Positions 12,658 to 22,289 of a DNA stretch of 64,000 nt are shown here, one piece after another; the stretch's first letter is position 1; the number at the start of each line of letters is the position of its first letter. Position numbers and translations under genes: made by a program. The stretch is from Candidatus Eiseniibacteriota bacterium. Lineage in GTDB: Bacteria; Eisenbacteria; RBG-16-71-46. The stretch is from NCBI GenBank assembly GCA_963707915.1, contig OY970178.1, positions 2,720,001 through 2,784,000 of the forward strand. Direction: 5' to 3'. The notes beneath the pieces were generated by a model. That model was not told where the DNA came from, ran no database searches, and worked only from the letters and a program-made list of their open reading frames with translations.

Positions 12658-15000
12658 ATGGGCGACCTGTCGAGGACGGAACGAAGGCGGCGCTGGCTGT
12701 GGACGCTCGCCGCCACGCTGCTGGTCGGGATGGTCTCCGAGGTGGCGATCATCGGTTCCTACGGGACCGAGCGGACGCCGGTCGTGTTCCTTCCGCACGC
12801 GACCTACGGGCTCGTCCTGGCCGGGCTCATGGTCCTGGTCCTGCTCTTCGTCCTCTACGCCTCGCAGAGCCTGCGCGCGCTCGCGACGGAGGAGAACGAG
12901 AGCCAGCGTCTGGCGATGCGCGAGGCGGTGATCCACGAACGGCTGACCGGCGTCTCCGACCTGCTCGACATCACGGTCCAGCTCGCGCAGAAGCCGGATC
13001 TCCGCGGCACGCTCACGCTGGCGGTGAACCGGGCGCTTCCCTGCTTCGAGGCGGACTACGCGTCGGTCCTGTTGTTCATCCCGGGCACCGGCCAGCTCGA
13101 GATCCTCGTCTCGGTGGGGGGGGGGCCGAGTTCGCGGAAGCCCAGTCGATCCGCCCCGGTGAGGGGCTGGTCGGGAGCGTCTACTCCACCGGCGAGGCCC
13201 AGACCGCGGACCGGCCGCAGGCCTGTGCTCGCCTGGAGGAGGAGTTGGGGTGGAGCTCGACCCCTTGTTCCGCGCTGTGCGTGCCGATCTGCTTCGACGG
13301 CGCCGCCCTCGGCGTGTTCTGCGTCGCCCGCATGACCTTCGACGAGCCATTCGCACCCATGCACGCCCGCGCGCTCCAGGTGCTGGCCACTCACTGCGGG
13401 GTGTCGATCTTCCGGAGTCTCCACGAGCGCCGCATCCAGACCGAGCGCGGGGAGGCGCAGGCGGCGTTGCTCGACAGCGAGAAGCGTTACCGCCGGTTCT
13501 TCGAGCACAACATCGCCGGCACGTACATCTCGACGCCGGTCGGCCGGATCCTGGACTGCAACACCGCGTTCGCGCGCATGCTGGGGCTGGCGTCGGTCGA
13601 GGAGGCGCTCTCCGCCGACGTCGCGTCGCTCTACCCGGACGCCGACGCCCACCAGACCTTCCTCGAGCAGCTTCGTGCGCAGCGCAGCGTGGACCGTCGC
13701 GAGAGCGTGCTGCGCCGGGCCGACGGCGAGTCGATCCACGTGATCGAGACGGCGGTCGGCATGTTCGGCCCGCAGGGCGACCTGATGGAGATCCACGGCT
13801 ATGTCATCGACGACACGGAGCGGCGGCGGGCCCGCGAGCAGCTCCGTCTTTCGCAGAAGATGGAGGCGATCGGGCGGCTGACCGGCGGGATCGCGCACAC
13901 CTTCAACAACATGCTCACCGCCATCATGGGCAGCGCCGACATGATCCTGGCCCGGGTCGGGGAGGATCACCCGGCGCATTCGAAGGCGGATGGCATCAAG
14001 AAGGCCGCGGCGCGGGCAGCCACCCTGACGCGGCAACTGCTGGCCTTCAGCCGGCAACAGGCGCTCCAGCCCAAGGTGCTCGACCTCGGCGTCGTCGTCG
14101 CGGAGATGGAGGACATGCTGAGGCAGGTGCTGGGCGCGGGCATCGAGATCACCGTCGTGCCGGGCAGCGCGCTGGGCAGGGTGAAGGCCGACCCGGGGCA
14201 GATCCAGCAGATCCTCCTCAACCTCGCCCTCAACGCGCGGGACGCCATGCCGGACGGTGGCCGGCTCACGATCGAGACCGCCAACGTGGATCTCGACGAC
14301 GCGTACGCGATCGGCAGGGACTGGGCGATCGAGCCGGGTCCCTACGTGCGGCTCGCGGTCACCGACACCGGCTGCGGCATGGATGCGGAAACGCAGACCC
14401 ATGCCTTCGAGCCGTTCTTCACCACCAAGAGCATGGACAAGGCCAGCGGGCTCGGGCTCTCGACCGTCTACGGCATCATCAAGCAGAGCGGCGGCCACAT
14501 CGACCTCGAGAGCGAGCCGGGCCGGGGGACATCGATCAAGATCCACCTCCCCCGGGTGGCGGCGGTCGTGGTGTCGTTCGGCGACGTTCCGTGTCGCGCC
14601 GGCGGCGGCAGAGGGGGAGGGACCGTGCTCGTCGTCGACGACGAGGACCTGGTGCGCGCGGTCATCCGCGACACGCTGCTCGAATAGCGGTTTCCAGGTG
14701 CTGGACGCGAAGAGCGCCGGGGAGGCGGTCGTGCTCTCGACCGGCCACCCCGGCCCGATCGACCTGCTGGTGACCGACCTGGTGATGCCGGGCCGCGGCG
14801 GGCACGAGCTCGTGACCCGGCTGGCGACGCAGCGTCCCGACATGGCGGTGCTCTGCATCTCGGGCTACGTGAACCCGGCCGTCGTCGCGGTGGGCGGCCT
14901 GGATCCCGACATCCCGTTCCTCCAGAAGCCCTTCACGCCGGAGGTCCTCCTGCGCAAGGTGCGCGAGACCCTCGACGAACCCCGGCGCAAGGCCGCCTGA
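12658..15000 (+). CDS. Membrane-anchored hybrid sensor kinase (2TM-GAF-PAS-HisKA-HATPase-REC), two frameshifts
   Basis: QKMEAIGRLTGGIAHTFNN, QILLNLALNARDAM, DTGCGM, FEPFFTTK, REC VLVVDDE..DLLVTDLVMPG..FLQKPF; frameshifts at the G10 tract 13116-13125 and at ~14685. Confidence 0.85.
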
Positions 15001-15010
15001 GTCCGCCGCC

Positions 15011-17886
15011 ATGCGTCGCCCCACGCCAGGATCGAGTGAAGCGGCCCGCCCGGCTCCGCCCCCCCGGGGCGAATCGGAGGGGGCGCGGTCCGACGGTGAG
15101 CGGCCGGCTGCCGGGCCGTGGCCCGCCGCCGGCGTTCGGCAGGAGACCGGGAGCCTGCACGGGAACGACGACGGCGAGACCGGGGAACTCGCGCCCCCCC
15201 GGCGCCTGGAACAGAACGTGACCCGCGGCGAACTGCCCCGGCTCGACGCCGTCGGGATGCGGGCGGACCCACCCACCGCGAGACTGGCGGACGTGCTGGA
15301 GGCATCGGCAGACGGCATCCTGCTCGTGGACGGTCAGGGTGAAGTCGTCTACGCCAACCGGCGTTTCGCCGAACTGTGGGGCATCCCCGAGGATCGGCTG
15401 GTGGCGGAAGGTCCCGGGAACGCCCTCTGCATGGTCTCGGAGCGGGTCGTGGATCCCGGCGAGTTCCGCGCCAGGGTCGATCACCTTCTCCGGCACCCCG
15501 AGGCGTCGTGTCGCGACGAGGTCCTGCTGAAGGACGGCAGGGTCTTCGACTGTTACGCGGTGCCGGCCCGCGACGCGGGCGGGGGACGCCCGGAGCGCGT
15601 CTGGTCCTTCCACGACATCACCCGGCGCATCCGGGCCGAGGCGGAACTCCGGGGCTCCCACGAGTTCCTCGACGCGATCATCAACAGCATCGCCGATCCG
15701 GTCTTCGTGAAGGACCAGGCGCACCGGTTCGCGCTGGTCAATGCCGCGTTCTGCGCCCTGCTCGGGCGGGGCCGCGAGTCGATCGAAGGCGCGACCGACG
15801 CGGACTTCTTCCCCGCCGAGCAGGTGGCGGTGTTCCTGCGGCAGGACGCCCTCGTGTTCGAGACCGGAGTGCCCGACGTCCACGAGGAGTCCATCACCTG
15901 GGCCGACGGCAAGACCCACACGATCGTCACCAAGAAGACCCTCTACACCGACCGGGCGGCCCGGAAGTTCATCGTGGGCGTGCTTCGCGACATCACCCGG
16001 GACAAGCTGGCGGAGGAGGCGCTCGGCACGTCCGAACGGAACTTCAGGGCCATCTTCGACGGCGCGGCCAGCGGGATGCTGCTGCTCGACCTGGAAGCCG
16101 GGAGATTCGTCGGGTGCAACCCGGCGTTCTCGAAGATGCTCGGCTTCACGGCGGAGGAACTCCGGTCCATGGGTGTCGGTGACCTCCACACGCCGGAGGA
16201 CCTGCCCCTCGTCCTGGAGCAACTTGGAGCGTTCGTCCGTGGAGAACAGGGCGTTCGAAGCGAGATGAGATTCAGACGGAAGGACGGAGCCACCTTCTTC
16301 GCGGATCTCCATCCGACCCTGATCGCGTTGGGCGGGAGGAAGACCGTCCTCGCGACCATCAACGACGTCTCGGCGCGCAGGCAGGCGGCGGAGCAGGCCC
16401 TCCGATTGATGGCCGCCGTCGAACACGCGGCCGACGACATCATCGTGCTCGGTCTGGACGGTCTCATCACCTACACGAACCCGGCGTTCGAGCGGACCAC
16501 CGGGTTCTCGGCAGGAGAGGCCGCGGGCCGGGACATCAACGACCTCCTGTGCCGGGACCTCGAGGGAGCCAGGGTCCCCGAGATCTGGGAGAGGATCCGG
16601 GCGGGGGGGAACTGGAACGGCCGCTTCCTCAACCGGACCAAGGATGGCCGCCTGATCCACCTCGACGGGGCCGTCTCGGCCATCCTGGACTCGTCGGGAG
16701 CGATCGTCGGCTACCTGTCGGTCCGCCGCGATGTCACGGCCCTGCTGGAGATGGAGGCGCACGCGGTCCAGGCCGACAAGATGGAAGCCATCGGGACGCT
16801 GGCGGGGGGATCGCGCACGACTTCAACAACATCCTGAGCGCGATCGTCGGCTACACGCAGATGGCGCTGAAGAAGTCCGGTGACCATCCCTCCGTGCGGC
16901 ACGATCTCGAGGTCGTCCTCCAGGGGGCGACCCGCGCGTCCACGCTGGTCAGGCAGATCCTGGCGTTCAGCCGCAAGACCGAGCGCGAGGTGCGGCCCAT
17001 CCGGATGGAATCGATCGTGAACGAGGCGATGCGGTTCCTGCGGGCGAGCATCCCGTCCACCATCGTGATCCACACCGACGTCAAGTCCACCGCCGTGGTC
17101 GCGGCCGATCCGACCGAGATCCACCGGATCATCATCAACCTCTGCACGAACGCCGCCATGGCCATGAATGCGGGCGGAGGCGTCCTGGACGTCGGTCTCG
17201 CCGACGTCGACCTCGACGCCTCGTCCACCGCCCTCCGCTCCGGCATGGCTCCGGGGCGATTCGTCCGGCTCCGCGTTCGCGACACCGGTCACGGCATGAC
17301 CGCCGAGGTGATCAAGCGGATGTTCGAGCCCTTCTTCACCACGCGGCCCGCGGGGACGGGCACCGGCATGGGGCTCGCCGTGGTGCGCGGGATCGTCACC
17401 AGCCTCCACGGCGGAGTCACGGTGGCGAGCGAACCGGGCAAGGGCACGACCTTCGACGTCCACCTGCCCGTGACCGATCGGGCCGCCCCCGCCGCCGCGG
17501 GTCCGCTCGAGGAGATCCGCACCGGCACGGAGCGCGTGCTGGTCGTGGACGACGACGTCCTGGTCCTCGAAACGATCGTGGACATGCTGCTCGAGCTCGG
17601 CTACGAAGTCCGCTCCGAGCGGGACGGCGCCGCCGCCCTTGCCACGTTCGAGGCGGGCCCCGACCGGTTCGACGTGGTGGTCACGGACCTGACCATGCCG
17701 GGGATGACGGGAAGGGTCCTGGCGAAGCGCCTGAAGGCCTGTCGCCCCGACATCCCGGTCATCCTGTGCTCGGGCAACAACGAGGTCGGCTCCCCGGAGA
17801 CGGACAGGGCACAGGGGATCGATGGGGTCCTGGACAAGCCGATCCTCATGCTCGACCTCGCGAAGCTCATGCGAACGGTTCTCTGA
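15011..17886 (+). CDS. Cytoplasmic multi-PAS hybrid histidine kinase/receiver, one frameshift
   Basis: Four PAS-like segments; KMEAIGTLAGGIAHDFNNIL with a frameshift in the G6 run 16804-16809; NLCTNA, FEPFFTT, REC domain; start uncertain (15011 or 15257). Confidence 0.85.
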
Positions 17887-17935
17887 CGGAGAGGACGCGC
17901 GGGAGTGGTGATGCTCCCCGCAGGAGGGTCATCCG

Positions 17936-19126
17936 ATGAAGGAATCCACGACCGGCCGCGGGCCCGGTACGGCGTTCGCCCGGCCGGAGCGGGAGAGCGC
18001 CGAGGCCGTGCAGGAACAGCGTCGCAGGTTCGTCGCCAACCCGCTCGCGGCCTCGATGCTCGACGCCATGCCGGGGCCCGCGCTCGTCCTCAATTCGATG
18101 CGCCAGGTCGTGGCCGCCAACCCGACGTTCCTCGCGGTGGTCGGTGCGGGCGACGCCGGTGCCGTCCTGGCGAGGCGTCCGGGCGAGGTCCTGAACTGCA
18201 TCCACGCGGCGGAGCGGCCGGGCGGTTGCGGCACGAGCACGGCCTGTTCGGCGTGCGGCGCGGTGCACGCCTTCCTCGCCGCCATGAGCACGCGCGCGGA
18301 CGTCGTCGAGGAGGTCCGCATCCGCACCTCCGGGGGCCCGGACGGTGGCGCGCTCGACTTCCGCGTCAAGGCCACCTTCCTCTCGGTGGACGATGAGGAA
18401 CTGGTGGTCGTCGCCCTGCAGGACATCAGCGACGAGAAGCGCCGGCAGGTCCTCGAGCGCGTTTTCTTCCACGACGTGCTCAACACCTGCGGCGGCGTGC
18501 ACGGCCTGGCCGAGCTGCTGCTCGTGGAGGAACTCACCGCGGAGAAGGAACGGCGCTTCAAGCACGAGGTCCACCGGCTCACGGGGGCGCTGATCGACGA
18601 GATCACGGGGCATCGCCAGATGCTGGCGGCCGAGCGCGGTCGCCTGGACGTGGAGCTCGAGGACGTTTCGTCCCGGGACCTGCTCGAGGACGTGATCGGC
18701 CTCTACGGACATCACCAGGTCGCGGCGGGGCGCGGACTGCGGTGTGCCCCCCGCGAGGCCGTCCGGCTGCGCACGGACCCGGCGCTCCTGCGCCGCGTGC
18801 TCGGAAACCTGGTCAAGAACGCGCTCGAGGCCACACCGGTGGGCGGGACCGTCACGGTCTCCTCCGGAATCGAGGGCGACGGAGTGCGCTTCGAGGTGCA
18901 CAATCCGGGCGTCATGCCGGAGCGCGTCCAGTTGCAGATGTTCCAGAGGTCGTTCAGCACCAAGGGGGGCGAGGGCCGCGGCATCGGGACCTACAGCGTG
19001 AAGCTGCTCGGCGAGCGATTCCTCGGCGGTCGCGTGGGCTTCACGAGCGGCGGGGCCGCGGGCACCGTCTTCGCGATCACGCTGCCGCGGGCCGGTCCCG
19101 CACGGGACGTCTTCCGGGCCGCCTGA
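17936..19126 (+). CDS. Sensor histidine kinase with Cys-rich PAS-like input domain
   Basis: FFHDVLN H-box, GNLVKNALEA N-box, FSTKG.GRGIGTYS G-box; input motif CIHA-x5-GCGTSTACSAC. Confidence 0.88.
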   Translation: MKESTTGRGPGTAFARPERESAEAVQEQRRRFVANPLAASMLDAMPGPALVLNSMRQVVAANPTFLAVVGAGDAGAVLARRPGEVLNCIHAAERPGGCGTSTACSACGAVHAFLAAMSTRADVVEEVRIRTSGGPDGGALDFRVKATFLSVDDEELVVVALQDISDEKRRQVLERVFFHDVLNTCGGVHGLAELLLVEELTAEKERRFKHEVHRLTGALIDEITGHRQMLAAERGRLDVELEDVSSRDLLEDVIGLYGHHQVAAGRGLRCAPREAVRLRTDPALLRRVLGNLVKNALEATPVGGTVTVSSGIEGDGVRFEVHNPGVMPERVQLQMFQRSFSTKGGEGRGIGTYSVKLLGERFLGGRVGFTSGGAAGTVFAITLPRAGPARDVFRAA

Positions 19127-19347
19127 CGACCCGCAGGACCCCCGGCCGCGTTCCGGGCCGCGAACGGCTCCCCCGCTGGTTCGCGCGGATGCCGCTCCGG
19201 TCAGGCCACGACGTACGCTGGGCCGAGCGGCGCGGACACCGGGGCCGTTTTCGGGGATGCTGGTGGCTGCCGGCGCGTGTCGGCGGCCGACCCGGCGCGG
19301 GTCCGCGGCGGCCCGGCGATTCCCCTCCACCCCCGAGGGCCCATTCC

Positions 19348-22008
19348 ATGCGCGTCTTCGCCGCGGTGCTCCTGTCTGCCCTGACCCTGAACCGGCCGGC
19401 CGCCGCGCAGCCGCCGGAGGGCGTCGGCCCCGTGCGCGCCGTGAGGCTCGCGGCGCCCGTGGTGATCGACGGCCGCCTCGACGAGGCCGCCTGGCAGGCG
19501 CCGCCCTCGGTCACGCGCTTCACGCAGCGCGACCCGGTGGAGGGGGCGGTGCCGCGCGAGAGCACCTGGGTGTGGGTCGCCTACGACGACCGGGCGCTCT
19601 ACGTCGCGGCGCGGATGTGGGACGCGCGGCCGGAGTCGATCGCCGCGCAGCTGGTGCGGCGCGACGTGAGCACGGCCACCGACCGCTTCTTCGTCTACCT
19701 CGACACCTACCACGACGGCCGCAGCGGATACTACTTCGGCGTCAACGCGGCGGGCGTGCTGCTCGACGGCACGCTGTACAACGACAACCAGAGCGACGCC
19801 GCGTGGGACGGCGTGTGGGACGCGCGCGTGCGCAGGGAGACCGGGCCGGGCGGCGGCTGGTGCTGCGAGCTGCGCATCCCGATCTCGCAGATGCGCTCGC
19901 GCGCCGGCGCCGAGCAGGTCTGGGGCATCAACTTCAAGCGCTGCATCACGCGGCTCGCCGAGGTGGACTACCTCGTGCCGCTCCCCAAGAAGGCCAGCGG
20001 CTTCGTCTCGCGCTTCCCCGACCTGGTCGGCTTCGAGCCCGCGCGGCGGGGGCGCAGCGTCGAGCTGCTGCCCTACTCGACCGGCAAGGCCGAGTACCTG
20101 GCGCACGCCCCGGGCGACCCGTTCAACGACGGCTCGCGCTACACGCCGGGCGTCGGCGCCGACCTGCGCGCGGGGGTCGGCAACAACCTGACGCTCAACG
20201 CCACGGTGAACCCCGACTTCGGGCAGGTCGAGGTGGACCCCGCGGTGGTGAACCTCTCGGACGTGGAGTCCTACTTCGAGGAGAAGCGCCCGTTCTTCAC
20301 CGAGAACGCCCGGGTGTTCTCGTTCGGCCAGGAGGGCGCCTCGACCTACTGGAACCTGAACTGGCCCGCGCCGCGCTTCTTCTACACGCGGCGCATCGGC
20401 CGCGCACCGCAGGGCGGCGTGCCCGGCGACTTCCGCGACGTGCCGATGGCGACGCACATCCTCGGCGCCGCGAAGCTCACCGGGAAGCCCGCCGAGGGGC
20501 TCGACTTCGGCACGCTGCAGGCGGTCACCGCGCGCGAGCAGGCGCGCTACCAGGCGGACGGGATCGATTCGCGTGCCACCGTCGAGCCGCTGACCTACTA
20601 CGGCGTGGCGCGCGGGCTCAAGCAGCGAAAGGGCGGCTACAACGGCGTCGGGCTCATGGCCACGCTGGTGCAGCGCAGCTTCGGCGACGACGGGCTGGCC
20701 GCGACGCTCAACCGCCAGTCCCTGTTCGCCGGCCTGGACGGGTGGCACTTCCTGGACCGGAAGAAGCTCTGGGTGCTCTCGGGCTGGGCCGGGATGTCGC
20801 GGGTCGCGGGAACGGAGCAGCGGATGATCGCCCTGCAGCGCAGTTCGCTGCACTACCTGCAGCGGCCCGACGCCCGGCACCTCGGCGTGGACAGCGCGGC
20901 GACCTCGCTGACCGGCTGGGGCACGCGCTGGTGGCTCAACAAGCAGGCGGGCCGCGTCCCGGTCAACGCCTCGTTCGGGATGCTGTCGCCGCGCTTCGAC
21001 GTGAACGACCTGGGCTACATGTCGCAGGCCGACGTCTGGAACGGCCACGTCGGCAGCGGCTACCGCTGGACCGAGCCGAACGGCTGGCGCAAGGACGCCA
21101 GCGTGATCGGCGTCGCCGTCGCGAGCGGGAACCGCGACGGCGACGTGACTTCGCGCGGCCTGTACGTGAACCCCTCGGTCACGCTCGAGAACGACTGGTA
21201 CCTCAGCGTGGAGGCGTTCCCGTTCACGCCGGCGAGCAGCGACCGGCGCACGCGCGGCGGCCCGCTGATGGTCGAACCGGCCAGCGCGTGGGGGCAGTTC
21301 AACATCGACTCCGATCCGAGCCACCGCGTCAACTGGCACCTGATGGCGAACGGCAGCCTGGCGCCCTCGGTGCGGTCGGCCTACTGGTCGATCTACCCGT
21401 CGGTCGAGTGGAAGCCGGCGCCCAACTTCACGCTGAGCCTGGGCCCCGGCCTCGACCGGGCCATCGAGGACGCGCAGTACGTGCCGCTCTACGGCGCCGC
21501 GATCGCGCCCGCGGGCGAGGTACCCGCGGACTTCGGCGGCCGCCGCTACGTCTTCGCGCGCATGGACCAGGTCACGCTCTCGGCGAACCTGCGGCTGGAC
21601 GTGTCGTTCACCCGCAACCTGACGCTGCAGACCTACCTGCAGCCGTTGGTCTCCGAGGGCCGCTACGCCGGCTACAAGGCGCTGGCCCGCGCGAGCTCGT
21701 ACGAGTTCGTGCGCGAGGACGTGGATGCGACCTCGGAGCCCGGCCTGGTGCGGGCGACGCCGGCGGACGGCGGCACGCCGTTCGCGTTCCCGGCGCCCGA
21801 CTTCAACGTGAAGTCGCTGCGCGGGAACGCCGTGCTGCGCTGGGAGTACCGGCCGGGCTCGGTGCTCTACTTCGTCTGGACGCAGACGCGCGAGCGCTAC
21901 GACGAGGCGGTCGGCGACCTGCGCATCGGGCCCTCGATGAGCCGCCTGTTCGACACGCAGGCCGACGACATCTTCCTGGTGAAGGCGACGTACCACCTGA
22001 ACCTGTAG
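19348..22008 (+). CDS. CBM9-like + DUF5916 outer-membrane protein (paralog 2)
   Basis: Signal peptide; IDGRLDEAAW..AYDDRALYVA (CBM9-like); LNATVNPDFGQVEVDP..NLS..E.YFEEKRPFF.E..FFYTRRIG; ends ATYHLNL. Confidence 0.88.
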   Translation: MRVFAAVLLSALTLNRPAAAQPPEGVGPVRAVRLAAPVVIDGRLDEAAWQAPPSVTRFTQRDPVEGAVPRESTWVWVAYDDRALYVAARMWDARPESIAAQLVRRDVSTATDRFFVYLDTYHDGRSGYYFGVNAAGVLLDGTLYNDNQSDAAWDGVWDARVRRETGPGGGWCCELRIPISQMRSRAGAEQVWGINFKRCITRLAEVDYLVPLPKKASGFVSRFPDLVGFEPARRGRSVELLPYSTGKAEYLAHAPGDPFNDGSRYTPGVGADLRAGVGNNLTLNATVNPDFGQVEVDPAVVNLSDVESYFEEKRPFFTENARVFSFGQEGASTYWNLNWPAPRFFYTRRIGRAPQGGVPGDFRDVPMATHILGAAKLTGKPAEGLDFGTLQAVTAREQARYQADGIDSRATVEPLTYYGVARGLKQRKGGYNGVGLMATLVQRSFGDDGLAATLNRQSLFAGLDGWHFLDRKKLWVLSGWAGMSRVAGTEQRMIALQRSSLHYLQRPDARHLGVDSAATSLTGWGTRWWLNKQAGRVPVNASFGMLSPRFDVNDLGYMSQADVWNGHVGSGYRWTEPNGWRKDASVIGVAVASGNRDGDVTSRGLYVNPSVTLENDWYLSVEAFPFTPASSDRRTRGGPLMVEPASAWGQFNIDSDPSHRVNWHLMANGSLAPSVRSAYWSIYPSVEWKPAPNFTLSLGPGLDRAIEDAQYVPLYGAAIAPAGEVPADFGGRRYVFARMDQVTLSANLRLDVSFTRNLTLQTYLQPLVSEGRYAGYKALARASSYEFVREDVDATSEPGLVRATPADGGTPFAFPAPDFNVKSLRGNAVLRWEYRPGSVLYFVWTQTRERYDEAVGDLRIGPSMSRLFDTQADDIFLVKATYHLNL

Positions 22009-22289
22009 CCCGACCGGCCCGCGGGCGACGTGGTGAGGGCCGCGCGTCCCGGGCACCGGAAGGGCGGCAGGCGGCGGGCCCGGCGCGCAGCATGCGCCGG
22101 ACCCGTCGCCGGATGGCCCCGTTCGTCGCCCCTTCGCCCTCGCTGGTCCGCCTCTGGCGCGGGACCGTGCCGGCGCTGAAACCCCGGACCGCCTCCGGCC
22201 GTCACACCCGGTGAGGCCATCGCAGGCTCGCACGCGGTCGCGTGCCCGCCCGCAAGTCGAAGTCGTCCCAGCCGACCCGGGAGCCCACG

